Source: Nitrospiria bacterium
Lineage (GTDB): Bacteria > Nitrospirota > Nitrospiria > JACQCE01
Assembly: GCA_035517195.1 (NCBI GenBank)
Contig: DATIZH010000003.1
Span: 1,262 to 65,261, forward strand
DNA length: 64,000 nucleotides
Direction: 5' to 3'
How positions within the stretch are numbered: position 1 is the stretch's first letter; every line of letters begins with the position of its first letter. Of this stretch, positions 26,876-35,991 are shown in pieces. The translations under genes and the position numbers were made by a program. The notes under the pieces were generated by a model. It searched no databases. It had not been told where the DNA came from and saw only the letters and a program-made list of their open reading frames with translations.

Positions 26876-28603
26876 TCACGTCGGTTGTGGATGGCCGCAG
26901 GCGATCACCACACGATTGCGACCGCTCTCCTTGGCCTGGTAGAGCGCCTGATCGGCGCTGGCGATCATGGCTTCCGGCGTCAGCCCGTGTTCGGGATAGG
27001 CCGCCAGCCCGATACTGGTGGTGACCACGACCCCGTCGACGGCGCGGCTCAGGGTTTCCGTCGTCACCTGACTGCGAATGCGCTCGGCGACGGCGAGCAC
27101 CTGCTCCTTGTCGATCTCAGGAAGCAGGGTGATGAATTCATCGCCTCCATAGCGCGCCGCCACATCGACGCTTCGCAGGGACTGCTTGATGATCTGACCG
27201 ATCTGCTGTAACAGCGCGTCTCCCGCGAGATGGCCGAAGGTGTCGTTGTATTTTTTGAAATGATCCGTGTCGATCATCATCACCGCAAACGAGCGTCCGC
27301 GGCGCGCCGCCCCGGCCACCTCGCCGGACAGCACCTCCATGAAATGCTTCCGATTGTACAACCCGGTGAGACCGTCGGTTCTGGAAAGGAGATCCAACGC
27401 CCTGTTGTTCTCAGTCAATTTGGCATTGACGGAAGCCAGCTCCTGCTGATTCTGGCGTAACCGCGCCACCATCGCGTTGAAGGCCTCGGTCAAATATCCC
27501 ACTTCGCTTCGGCTGACGACGGGGAGCTGCACCTCCAGATCGCCCGACGACACCCGTGCGGCCCCGAGGGACAAGCGGTCAAGGGGTCGTACAATCGTCA
27601 GACCCAGCAGATAGGCCGCCATGCCGATGACCAGGAGGAGTCCGGCGCAGATTGCGACGGTCAGCAGCCGGGCTTCCATGATTTGGGCGTAAATTTCGCG
27701 TTCATCGATCTGGGCGACGACCCACCATCCCAACTGCGTCATCCGCTTCATGGTGCCGATGACGTTGTGACCCTGGCCGTCCGCGTAGAACACCAATTGT
27801 GTTCCGGAACGGCTGGCATTGGTCACCGGGGATTTGAGTGTCCCGAGCGGGGTCGAGTTGAGCTTGGAGCCGGCGATCGGTGCGCCGTCCTCCGCAACCA
27901 GATAGATCTGTCCCGTTTTTCCGAGCGTGGAATGGCCGAGGATCTCCTCGACGGTGTTAAAGTTGAGCTTCAGCGCCATCATCCCCAGGAATCGACCGCT
28001 ATGAGCCTTGATGGGGACGGCCAGCAGCATCACCATCCTGTTCAGGCCTTGATCCCGGTAGGATGGCTCGATGATCGGGACATCGCTGTCGACCCGTCGA
28101 TGCCAGTTCTGGGGCAGGCGCACCGGATTCCGCCGGTTGGTGTTGGAGGTCACCGTGCGCAGGTTTGCATCAAGGACCGACAGCTCCTCATAGTCGCTGA
28201 ACTTGTCCCCGACCGAACTGACATAATCGTTCAGCCGGTGGAGCGCCTTCTCGGTTCTAACTCGGTCCGTGTTCTGATGGGTGACCGCGTCCAGGTTTTC
28301 CGACACTTCGTACGAACTGGCAAACACCCGGACTTCATAGATCCGTTCTTTCAACCAAATGTCGAGCTCCCGGACATTTTGCGCGGTGACGTCGTTGAGC
28401 TCCTGCGTGGCTTTGGCCGTAAGAAACCGTTTGGCATAGGCATAAAAGAGCGTGCCCATGCTCAACGCCGGAATGAGCGTGGCCAACAGGGAAAAGACCA
28501 GGATTTTCCGCTTGATGTGATCAAGGCGAAGCAGATGGAGCAGACCCGAAACGCGTCGCTCCCATCCAAGCATGGTCGTGTGTTCGCCGTGTAAATCCGC
28601 CAT
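26876..28603 (-). CDS. diguanylate cyclase with periplasmic Cache-like sensor and HAMP domain
   Basis: GGDEF active site RYGGDEFITLL, an RxxD-type region, two TM helices flanking a ~270-aa periplasmic domain, and HAMP (VGYLTEAFNAMVARL). Confidence 0.88.
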   Translation of the reverse strand: MADLHGEHTTMLGWERRVSGLLHLLRLDHIKRKILVFSLLATLIPALSMGTLFYAYAKRFLTAKATQELNDVTAQNVRELDIWLKERIYEVRVFASSYEVSENLDAVTHQNTDRVRTEKALHRLNDYVSSVGDKFSDYEELSVLDANLRTVTSNTNRRNPVRLPQNWHRRVDSDVPIIEPSYRDQGLNRMVMLLAVPIKAHSGRFLGMMALKLNFNTVEEILGHSTLGKTGQIYLVAEDGAPIAGSKLNSTPLGTLKSPVTNASRSGTQLVFYADGQGHNVIGTMKRMTQLGWWVVAQIDEREIYAQIMEARLLTVAICAGLLLVIGMAAYLLGLTIVRPLDRLSLGAARVSSGDLEVQLPVVSRSEVGYLTEAFNAMVARLRQNQQELASVNAKLTENNRALDLLSRTDGLTGLYNRKHFMEVLSGEVAGAARRGRSFAVMMIDTDHFKKYNDTFGHLAGDALLQQIGQIIKQSLRSVDVAARYGGDEFITLLPEIDKEQVLAVAERIRSQVTTETLSRAVDGVVVTTSIGLAAYPEHGLTPEAMIASADQALYQAKESGRNRVVIACGHPQPT

Positions 28604-28953
28604 GGTCTGTCCACCACAGATCTATTGTAAGTGTAGTGCGTGGCGCATGATTGTCAAGTTACCGGTCCAGGATCCGGGAAATGTCCTGTGATCACAACCG
28701 CCTGATTTTCTGATCAAAGAATGCCCGTATGCAGGCGAGGATCGCTCGAACGGCTGATGGACAAAGTCGATACGATGGATAGAATCAAAATCGGACTGTG
28801 ACAGGGCGGGGCAACACGGACCGCTGCCGGCATCGACCACGGTACACACTATTCTGCATGCAGGGATGTTTGCATTTCCATGGGCGTATGGCGTAGCCTT
28901 GGTGTAGAGCATCAGGTCATCTTGCTGACTGCAGGCCTGCTTACGCGCTCGGA

Positions 28954-29475
28954 ATGACCTTCATGCCCGATCAGCTTCCACAGATGCAGCTTACGAAAGA
29001 TGAGAGCATGCGGCAGTTCCCCGTGTGGATCGCGCGCATCGGCCAGGGAGTCTACATACTAGTGGCAGTTTCCTTTTTGATCGCCGCTGTCGTGGCACTG
29101 GTCTTTGCCTGGATCGGCTTCTTTCACGGGCTCTCCCGCGGCGTGCTGCCCGCCATTGTCAACCTGATCAATGACGCCCTTCTGATCCTGATCATTCTGG
29201 AAGTCCTGGAGACCATCTTGAATTACCTGAAGAGCCATATCCTCCTCCTGGAACCGTTCCTGTATATCGGCATCATCGCCGCAATCCGAAGAATTCTGGC
29301 CACCGGATCCTACATCTCATTTCTTGAGGGGAACATCAACAAGGACCTGCTGGTGGCCTATCTGTCCGATCTCGGCATGAACACGCTGGTCATCGCCGTC
29401 CTTGTCGCCGCCCTCTACATTCTTTCGAAGATAAGAGAACAGCCAGGTCTTCGAGACTCTCCGCAACCACGATGA
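28954..29475 (+). CDS. PsiE-family (phosphate-starvation-inducible E-like) membrane protein
   Basis: LEVLETILNYLKSHILLLEPFLYIGIIAAIRRIL resembles the PsiE YFVYIGITAIVRLII core. Four TM helices. Confidence 0.6.
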   Translation: MTFMPDQLPQMQLTKDESMRQFPVWIARIGQGVYILVAVSFLIAAVVALVFAWIGFFHGLSRGVLPAIVNLINDALLILIILEVLETILNYLKSHILLLEPFLYIGIIAAIRRILATGSYISFLEGNINKDLLVAYLSDLGMNTLVIAVLVAALYILSKIREQPGLRDSPQPR

Positions 29476-29812
29476 CATCTGTCGCGTCTTCTATCCTGCT
29501 TCAGGTTTGACAGAACCGACCCCCGCCGATAGTCTTGGACTTGTGACCTACACCGAGCATCAGCAGGAGTGATTCGTCCGGCAGATGGCTGAGTAATGGC
29601 ATTGGGCGAATCTTCTCTTCTAGCCATTCATCGCTGTCATCATTCTCGGTTTGGTCGTTATGTGCATTGGGGTGAAGGGAGGGCCGGAGAATTTGATGGT
29701 GGAAAGAGTCGGCGTTGTGTCATTCGTTGCAGCCGTGTTCGGCCTTGTAACGTGAATGCTTTATTCTGGTGGCCCCCTACCTGCAACTGCGGAGCAAGAT
29801 TACGCTAACATC

Positions 29813-30481
29813 ATGTCCGTATCGAGACAATGGCTCATCATATTCTGCTGTCTGCCGGTGTGGACATGGGCGACTGAACCAAACGCCCGCGCTGTGACGG
29901 TTTGCCCGCCTGTCGGCGACAATCCAGACCCTGTGATTGACGTGCGGCTCACGCAACACATTCCCTTGTATGAGGAAGATTCATCCAAGACCCGGGCAGA
30001 GATAGAACAACTGACAGGCAAGCCGGACTCCGAGGGAGCGTTTTCGGCGCGGGGAGTGAAATTTCTTATTCGCGGTGATGCGACTGCGCGTACGACCCGA
30101 TCGTCCTTCTGCGTGTGGGTGACAAAAATAGACGCCGACATTACCGTTACATCGTTAACGATCTATGCAGCCGAGGAATACCCGAAGGGATCGTGCCGGT
30201 ATGACGAAATCATGGACCATGAACATGAGCACTACCGGACATTTACTTGGCTTCTCGGCATCTACACCCAGCGCTTGAGGTCGGGGATTGAACAATTGGA
30301 CCTGCCCACCTCCGCGCAGCCCTGGTCGGTCTCAACCGTGGAGGAGGGGAAGCAACGGATCCAGTCGCTGTTTGACGGCGTTGCGCGGTCAGAGAATGAC
30401 CGCTTCTGGCGGGAATACAACCGCCGGACGGACGAGTTCCATGAGCGGGAATCACACAGACAGACTCGGTGCCGACAATAA
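29813..30481 (+). CDS. secreted protein, DUF922-like putative zinc peptidase
   Basis: Signal peptide MSVSRQWLIIFCCLPVWTWA and the histidine cluster MDHEHEHYRTF. Assignment is by recollection of the family architecture only. Confidence 0.4.
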   Translation: MSVSRQWLIIFCCLPVWTWATEPNARAVTVCPPVGDNPDPVIDVRLTQHIPLYEEDSSKTRAEIEQLTGKPDSEGAFSARGVKFLIRGDATARTTRSSFCVWVTKIDADITVTSLTIYAAEEYPKGSCRYDEIMDHEHEHYRTFTWLLGIYTQRLRSGIEQLDLPTSAQPWSVSTVEEGKQRIQSLFDGVARSENDRFWREYNRRTDEFHERESHRQTRCRQ

Positions 30482-30576
30482 TCAGTATGAGATTGGGATC
30501 CGGAAGCCAATTGAATGCCTGTCATCCCGATCTGGGCAGCCGTTCTTCGGAGGCCAGTGACGTTCCCCGGGGCTCC

Positions 30577-31857
30577 TTACACGGTGGGCGAGGCCGGCGG
30601 TGTTTCTAAGGGAGAGCCGTCGGACAGCCTCTGGTCATCAGACAGTTTCAAAAATCTGGCCAGGTAGATGCTGGTGAATCCACACCCCACGGAGAGCAAG
30701 CCAATGGCGGGGAAGTGGGTCATGACCCCGCCGGGTGCCTGACCGATGATCTGTCCGCTCAGATACGCCGCCAATCCGGACGAGAACTGCTGGACGGAGG
30801 AATTGATGCTCATGAATCCGCCGCGATAGCGGGATTCGATGCTTGACGTCATCAGCGCCATCGCCGGCACAAATCGCCCGGACATGCAAATCATAAACAC
30901 GGTTGAGGTGGCCAGCGCCGCATAGAGCGGCACCCGGGGCAAATTGGTCAGGGTCAGAATCGGGAGCACGGTGGAGAGTGTCATCAGCGTGAAGACGCGC
31001 AATTTCCCCGCTCGATCCGCCCATTGCCCGATCAGATTCATGCTGAAGATCGTGCACGAACCGCCCGCCAGGTAGATGAACGGCAGTTGCTTCTCCGTCA
31101 ATCCCACATCGGCGACCATATACGCGCTCAGGTAGGGGAAGATGACGAAGCTGGAGCTGGTCAGGGCGGCCATGAACAGGAACGCCTTCTGATGGTCCGC
31201 GTGCATCATGACGGACAGCACCCGCGCCGCCGGGTGCTGCCCTCGGGCATGATGCAAATGACCGCGCAACGGCGGCAAGACGCGGGCTTCCGCCACCAGG
31301 ATGACCGAGCACAATCCGCCGAGGATGAAAAACGGGACGTGCCAGCTCAACTGTGACGCCAGAGCCAGTCCGATGGGCACGCCGCAAATCGACGCCACGG
31401 AATAGGAGGACATCACTATGCCCATGGCCGCGCCGCGCCGTTCATCCGGGATGACGTCGCCGATAATGGCCAGAATCAGCGCGCCCTCCACGCCTCCGAA
31501 GGCGCCCGTGACCACCCTGGCGGCGACCAGCAACGGATAGCTCGGCGCCGAGGCACAGAGGAACGTCCCGATCGTAAATCCGAATGAGAGCCATAACAAC
31601 GCCTGTTTGCGATCAAACCGGTCCAGGCCAAATCCGGCGGCGATCCCGAACAACCCCGCGCTGACGGCGTAGGCGGACACAATCAGACCGAACTGTCCCG
31701 ACGTGATGGCAAACACGCGCATGTATTGCGGGCCCAGCGGCATCATGATCAGGAAATCCAGCACGATCGTAAACTGGACGGCCGCCAGGACCAGCAACAA
31801 CACGCGTTCGTTGATGGGATTCACATCCTTGCGTATAGAAGGACCTTCCGTGCTCAT
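30577..31857 (-). CDS. MFS transporter
   Basis: 12 predicted TM helices and the loop 2-3 motif GLDRFDRKQ. Start taken at MSTEGP (31857). Confidence 0.85.
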   Translation of the reverse strand: MSTEGPSIRKDVNPINERVLLLVLAAVQFTIVLDFLIMMPLGPQYMRVFAITSGQFGLIVSAYAVSAGLFGIAAGFGLDRFDRKQALLWLSFGFTIGTFLCASAPSYPLLVAARVVTGAFGGVEGALILAIIGDVIPDERRGAAMGIVMSSYSVASICGVPIGLALASQLSWHVPFFILGGLCSVILVAEARVLPPLRGHLHHARGQHPAARVLSVMMHADHQKAFLFMAALTSSSFVIFPYLSAYMVADVGLTEKQLPFIYLAGGSCTIFSMNLIGQWADRAGKLRVFTLMTLSTVLPILTLTNLPRVPLYAALATSTVFMICMSGRFVPAMALMTSSIESRYRGGFMSINSSVQQFSSGLAAYLSGQIIGQAPGGVMTHFPAIGLLSVGCGFTSIYLARFLKLSDDQRLSDGSPLETPPASPTV

Positions 31858-32368
31858 CTCGCGTCCCACAAGATTTTCATTATAGCAAATGACCTCGTGA
31901 CGCTTGTCGCTGACGTGGGCGGGCTGCAATCGTGGCGCGACCGGCGGATTGGGGAGGGTCATCGTCATGTGGTGCAGGAGCTCAACGATCGGGCCAGGGA
32001 TCTGGGGGGTGCCCTACCGAAGGTTACGCTTCGTCCAGTTGTCGTTCAATGGCAGACTGCCGTCCCACGGCAGGGAATTTACTCCCAATATTGAGGGGAA
32101 ATCGCCCGACACATCTTGACTTGCTTCGGCAAATAATTCAGGCCCATCACACTGGTCGAGTAATTCGATCAAACAAGATCGCTGACAAATTATGGGGTTC
32201 ATGACGAATGGCCCTATTGATCATGCTTTAGCATAGGAATTGCATTCTAGAAAGGTGTCTACAGATGGATCAGAGGCTCTGTTTCAGGTTGGGATTGTTC
32301 ATCCGGAAAGGACCGCTGTGGGACCGAGCATCAGCAAGCGCCTCTCCTGGTGAGGGGAGTGATGAATC

Positions 32369-32890
32369 ATGAAAGAATTGACCGTGGTCAGTGCTGTCGC
32401 GGTGCTCCTGTTGGCCTGGCTCTCCATGTCAAACCCTCCAGGATTGCCTCACGCGCCGAGTGAACGCTGGATCAAGACGGCCCTGGAATCTGAGATGGAA
32501 AGAGATGCCCTGTTCGACCTGGATCACGTCAGAGTGATCGTGGATCATGGCACAGTGAAACTGGGCGGAACGGTCCGCACAGGCGATGAAATGGGAGAGG
32601 CCGAACTGCTCGCCATGGCGACCCATGGGACTCAGGCCATCCAAGACAATATTCACGTCATGCCGACCGTGAGCCGGAATCTCAAACTGGATCAGGAGAT
32701 CAGATCGGATCTTCTCGAGAATCCCACTCTGCGGATCAGGGACTTGCGGGTCCGGATCGTCAAAGGGGACGTGTCGTTACACGGCATTGTCCATCATCGC
32801 GATGAAAAAGGGCGGGCAGACGAGCTGGTCGCGCTCGTGCCGGGGGTCGATGCCATTCACGACAGGATGGAGGTGCTTCATCGTGCATGA
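32369..32890 (+). CDS. BON-domain periplasmic protein (two BON domains)
   Basis: VRVIVDHGTVKLGGTV and LRVRIVKGDVSLHGIVHHRDEKGRADELVALVPGVDAIHDRMEV. N-terminal signal or anchor. Confidence 0.78.
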   Translation: MKELTVVSAVAVLLLAWLSMSNPPGLPHAPSERWIKTALESEMERDALFDLDHVRVIVDHGTVKLGGTVRTGDEMGEAELLAMATHGTQAIQDNIHVMPTVSRNLKLDQEIRSDLLENPTLRIRDLRVRIVKGDVSLHGIVHHRDEKGRADELVALVPGVDAIHDRMEVLHRA

Positions 32891-33239
32891 ATGTCTTCAA
32901 CGGAGCACTGAACGTCAATGAAGGCCATTGTCCCATGCCCAAGAGCGACGCCTCTCCGGATCGGCGCGGCAGGCCACGGGAGGCGTCAGAAGAGGCCGGT
33001 GAAAACGGCCGCACTGAAGGACCGATTCGGCCGGTTTGCCTCGGATATGCGGCGGGGCAGGCACGTCGACAACGATTTCGCCGTCGAACCGATTGTAGAG
33101 CCTCAGCTCCCCCTCAGGCTGAGGCGTCGGCGGCGCGGTGGTCCACACCCGGAACGGGCCACCGTGCCGTCGGCATCCTATGAGTAAGGGTTGAGCACAC
33201 CTAAATGGTCGGAACAATCAGAGAGAAGGGTGCATCGTG

Positions 33240-33764
33240 ATGCGACTGAACGGCTTGAGACTGTGTGCGGTGATCGGTGTCGTCTCTCTCATGCTGGTCG
33301 GATTTTCCTCCGCCCCCGCGGTCTATCCATCGCGGGCCGGCGTCGACCGACACCTGTTTATCAGGGGGGTCGTGCAATCCATTACGGACAACGCGGTCAT
33401 GCTGAAAACGGACATCGGAACCATCCGTGAATTCAGCCTCAAACAGGTCAACCGGGAAAAGATCAAGGGGGTGAAAGTGGGCAGTCACCTGGAGTTGGAG
33501 CTCGATGCGAATAACATGATCATCGATATCGCCGGGGCCTCTCCAGGAGCCATGAAACGACTCGAGAAGGTCCGCGTGGTTGTGGGAACGGTCGAACAAT
33601 ATGATCCTGTCAGAAGAGTGCTGACGCTCGATCTGGGGAAAGGGGTAACCCAGACCTATAGAGTGAAGGATGCGGCGGCCACCAGACTCCTCGACGTGAC
33701 GAATGGGACACGGGTGACGCTGCAAATCGATCCGATCAATAGAATGGTCGAGGACTTCATTTAA
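33240..33764 (+). CDS. hypothetical secreted protein
   Basis: Signal peptide MRLNGLRLCAVIGVVSLMLVGFSSAPA. GAGAAGGG lies upstream of the start. Confidence 0.5.
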   Translation: MRLNGLRLCAVIGVVSLMLVGFSSAPAVYPSRAGVDRHLFIRGVVQSITDNAVMLKTDIGTIREFSLKQVNREKIKGVKVGSHLELELDANNMIIDIAGASPGAMKRLEKVRVVVGTVEQYDPVRRVLTLDLGKGVTQTYRVKDAAATRLLDVTNGTRVTLQIDPINRMVEDFI

Positions 33765-33903
33765 CCGAGGTGGACGTCGGACTACAGGTAAGGGAGGGGA
33801 AGACAATTCTGACGACACCTTCACCATGACCCAGAATGACTTGATCGATGATAAACCGGAATCACGCGGGCTGATAGATCAGGGAGAATCAGCGTGAAGT
33901 GGT

Positions 33904-33919
33904 CACAAAGTGGTCACAA
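33904..33919 (+). repeat. 16-nt direct repeat, left copy
   Basis: cacaaagtggtcacaa, identical to 34406..34421. agtggtcacaa is itself tandemly doubled at 33898-33919. Confidence 0.85.
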
Positions 33920-33985
33920 CACCGTGGCGTTATCTTAATCTTGCACCACAGCGGCAGGTCGGGGGCCATTGGTACAAATTAGGAT

Positions 33986-34350
33986 TTACATTTTTTGGCT
34001 GTGGTAAACCTCTTTTCCTCTTCCTCTGCAATCCAAAGCTGGCGTATACCAATAAACGTTCCCTCCACGATAAATTTCCCATCCACAATCCATAGCCGCA
34101 GGCGGGGCATCGCCAATAGAGAATATCAGGACAATATTCATCAAAAACAAGCCAAAAAATGCTACGAAGAGTGACCTAGAGAAATCTGGATCACTAGGGG
34201 TGGCAGACGTCCCTCCATCATATCGATGAAATAAAGGACTATTTCGATTATACATACTACGACAAACGGGCTGGTGAGAAGGAGTACCCAATGCCATTTC
34301 CTGGCCATCTGCCGGACGAACTCTTCCTGCTGATGTTCGGTGTAGGTCAT
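33986..34350 (-). pseudogene. small two-TM protein, apparently split over two frames (frameshift near 34190-34200)
   Basis: ORF 34162..34350 (MTYTEHQQEEF...WVLLLTSPFVVVCIIEIVLYFI) and ORF 33986..34297 (..LFVAFFGLFLMNIVLIFSI..CGWEIYRGGNVYWYTPALDC) overlap in different frames. AT-rich, roughly 43% GC by eye. Confidence 0.3.
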
Positions 34351-34357
34351 TATTTCA

Positions 34358-34387
34358 AATCTATCGGCGGGGGGTTAATTCTGTCAA
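34358..34387 (-). promoter_or_regulatory. sigma70-like promoter for the small membrane ORF
   Basis: Minus strand TTGACA (34387-34382), 18-nt spacer, TAGATT (34363-34358). The ATG at 34350 lies only 7 nt after the -10 box. Confidence 0.3.
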
Positions 34388-34405
34388 TCGCAAGGGCGGA
34401 TTGAG

Positions 34406-34421
34406 CACAAAGTGGTCACAA
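34406..34421 (+). repeat. 16-nt direct repeat, right copy
   Basis: cacaaagtggtcacaa. Confidence 0.85.
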
Positions 34422-34468
34422 TTGCGGGAACGAGTCGGACGGCGATTGTCGCACGTGTCGAGAAACAG

Positions 34469-34493
34469 ATGGTGCCGAGGGGCTTGGCCCGAG
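34469..34493 (+). repeat. 25-nt direct repeat containing the 3'-terminal 14 nt of tRNA-Phe (att-like), left copy
   Basis: atggtgccgaggggcttggcccgag, identical to 35536..35560. tggtgccgaggggc matches the reverse complement of the tRNA-Phe 3' end at 35802-35815. Confidence 0.85.
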
Positions 34494-34751
34494 TCTCTCG
34501 CAAATTGGGTCCGGTATCAGGTCAACAGAATTCCGAGGGGCAGAGTGGCGCTTCACGTCGACAGGCGTGAAAATGGAACTAAGCCGTCGGCGAAGCCAAG
34601 CCGTCACGGTATCCCGTCTCATCCGTGTCAAGCATTGCAAGCGTGACAAGACATTCCTGATCCTGGTCTTCCCTGATTTGACGCGAACCGAAAGGGTGGT
34701 AGATTGCTTACTGTATCCCACGTTGATTTGCCCGTGAAGAATGGAGGCGCT

Positions 34752-35459
34752 ATGGAACGGCCTATGGATCCGCCTCGATTGCTGCCGACCGGTGCTCAGA
34801 GCGAAACGTTTGCCGGCGTCACCTATCATATGGAAGGGGAACTGGTTCCGGTATTGACCGTTGATCTCGTATCGGGACATTCAGTCTATTTTGAGCATCA
34901 CATTTTGTTGTGGAAACACTGGGGGATCAAGATAGGGCTCAAGCCAATGAAAGGGACATTCAAACGGATGCTTGCGGGCATGCAGATTTTTGTGACGGAA
35001 GCCACCGGACATGGGAAGATCGCATTCAGCAGGGACGGTGTCGGCCACATTATCGCCCTGCATCTTCAGCAGGGTCAGGAACTGCATGTCAGGGAGCATC
35101 AATTTCTTGCCGCAACCCAGAACATCGATTACACATTCGAGCGTGTCAAAGGAATCTCGAATATGTTGTTCGGCGGCACGGGGTTTTTCATCGATAAGTT
35201 TCATGGCGCATCAGGCGATGGGATCTTGTGGTTGCATGGGTACGGAAACGTGTTTGAAAAGGTGCTTGCTCCGTATGAACAGTTGGATGTGGAGCCGGGG
35301 GGATGGCTGTATAAAGACTCAACCGTCACCATGGAAACAAATTTTCAACGGCTTTCGATCGGCTTATTGGGTGCAATGAATCTGGTGATGAACCGCTTCA
35401 CCGGACCGGGACGACTGGGACTCCAATCGATGTATTTGCACATGCCCACCAGCGTGTAA
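34752..35459 (+). CDS. AIM24 / TIGR00266 family protein
   Basis: VTYHMEGELVPVLTVDL..GHSVYFEHHILLWKH..IFVTEATGHGKIAFSRDGVGHI..GQELHVREHQFLAAT..MLFGGTGFFIDKFHG..GILWLHGYGNVFE..LDVEPGGWLY. GGAGG lies before the ATG at 34752. Confidence 0.8.
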   Translation: MERPMDPPRLLPTGAQSETFAGVTYHMEGELVPVLTVDLVSGHSVYFEHHILLWKHWGIKIGLKPMKGTFKRMLAGMQIFVTEATGHGKIAFSRDGVGHIIALHLQQGQELHVREHQFLAATQNIDYTFERVKGISNMLFGGTGFFIDKFHGASGDGILWLHGYGNVFEKVLAPYEQLDVEPGGWLYKDSTVTMETNFQRLSIGLLGAMNLVMNRFTGPGRLGLQSMYLHMPTSV

Positions 35460-35535
35460 GTGTGTTCAAACGGTCGGCAGTTCGTCTGGAGCATACCACG
35501 TATCGGGCGATTAACGTAACCGTGGCGGAAGAATA

Positions 35536-35560
35536 ATGGTGCCGAGGGGCTTGGCCCGAG
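35536..35560 (+). repeat. 25-nt direct repeat containing the tRNA-Phe 3' end, right copy
   Basis: atggtgccgaggggcttggcccgag. Confidence 0.85.
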
Positions 35561-35595
35561 GCCACGGGGTATCAGCGTACCGTGGTGGGAGAAAG

Positions 35596-35636
35596 TGGTG
35601 CCGAGGGGCAAAATTGAGCCCGCAGAACCTGCCGAC
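35596..35636 (-). pseudogene. tRNA-Phe 3'-half fragment (degenerate)
   Basis: tggtgccgaggggcaaaattgag[10-nt insert]ctgccgac versus the genuine tggtgccgaggggcagaattgaactgccgac. About 40 nt of flank below it also resembles the flank of the real tRNA. Confidence 0.6.
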
Positions 35637-35801
35637 TCTGCGTTCTTGGCAGACAAGGCAGGCGATTTCCAATTATCTTTCTACCTCTCGGGCGACGCCC
35701 CACCAAGCTGTTCGGGTGGGGCGTCAGCTGCCGACACGGTCGGCAGTTCGTACGGTGGACAACGCGTATGGGGTGATCAACGTATCGTAGTGGGGAAAAA
35801 G

Positions 35802-35877
35802 TGGTGCCGAGGGGCAGAATTGAACTGCCGACACGCGGCTTTTCAGACCGCTGCTCTACCGACTGAGCTACCTCGGC
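35802..35877 (-). tRNA. tRNA-Phe (GAA)
   Basis: Reverse complement GCCGAGGTAGCTCAGTCGGTAGAGCAGCGGTCTGAAAAGCCGCGTGTCGGCAGTTCAATTCTGCCCCTCGGCACCA. It folds as a cloverleaf: 7-bp acceptor stem, GCTC/GAGC D stem, anticodon loop CTGAAAA, T loop TTCAATT, encoded CCA. Confidence 0.95.
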
Positions 35878-35961
35878 ACGCGAAGGCGCTACGATAGCAG
35901 AGGATTCCATGGACTGTCAATCATCGGGCTGATTTGTCACGATAAAACCGATTGAAAAAGT

Positions 35962-35991
35962 TTGACAATATCCTCGCTTCGCCCTTATAAT
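35962..35991 (+). promoter_or_regulatory. consensus sigma70 promoter upstream of lepA
   Basis: TTGACA (35962-35967), 18-nt spacer, TATAAT (35986-35991). Confidence 0.55.

Noticed and set aside
28622-28912. 96-aa minus ORF between the GGDEF and PsiE-like genes.
   Set aside because: There is no codon bias, the composition is Cys/His-rich, and it lies in a divergent promoter gap.
29596-29808. 70-aa ORF in the PsiE/DUF922 gap, and an alternative frame encoding PFIAVIILGLVVMCIGVKGGPENLMVERVGVVSFVAAVFGLVT.
   Set aside because: The listed ORF is Cys/Arg/His-rich and implausible. The hydrophobic frame looks like a two-TM peptide but starts right after a TAG (29621-29623). It has no ATG before the first helix and no SD. 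It could be a frameshifted or non-canonically initiated small protein, but the evidence is insufficient.
32014-32202. 62-aa minus ORF (MNPIICQRSCLIELLDQCDGPELF...) upstream of the MFS gene.
   Set aside because: There is no SD or recognisable motif. It may be real, but it cannot be supported from sequence alone.
32915-33217. 100-aa minus ORF in the gap after the BON gene.
   Set aside because: One 60-nt window (33061-33120) shows good codon periodicity (EGELRLYNRFDGEIVVDV). The flanking windows do not, and the rest of the product is low-complexity. Too weak to call, but worth a profile search.
35596-35700. Possible second complete tRNA gene next to tRNA-Phe.
   Set aside because: Only the 3' acceptor/T-arm portion is recognisable, and it carries a 10-nt insertion. 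No D arm, anticodon arm or matching 5' acceptor strand can be folded. Treated as a pseudo-fragment.
35572-35910. 112-aa minus ORF, and also 35345..35656 and 34416..34880.
   Set aside because: They read straight through tRNA-Phe or its partial copies. The recurring peptide LGPSPSAP / ILPLGTTF is simply the translated tRNA 3' end. There is no independent coding signal.
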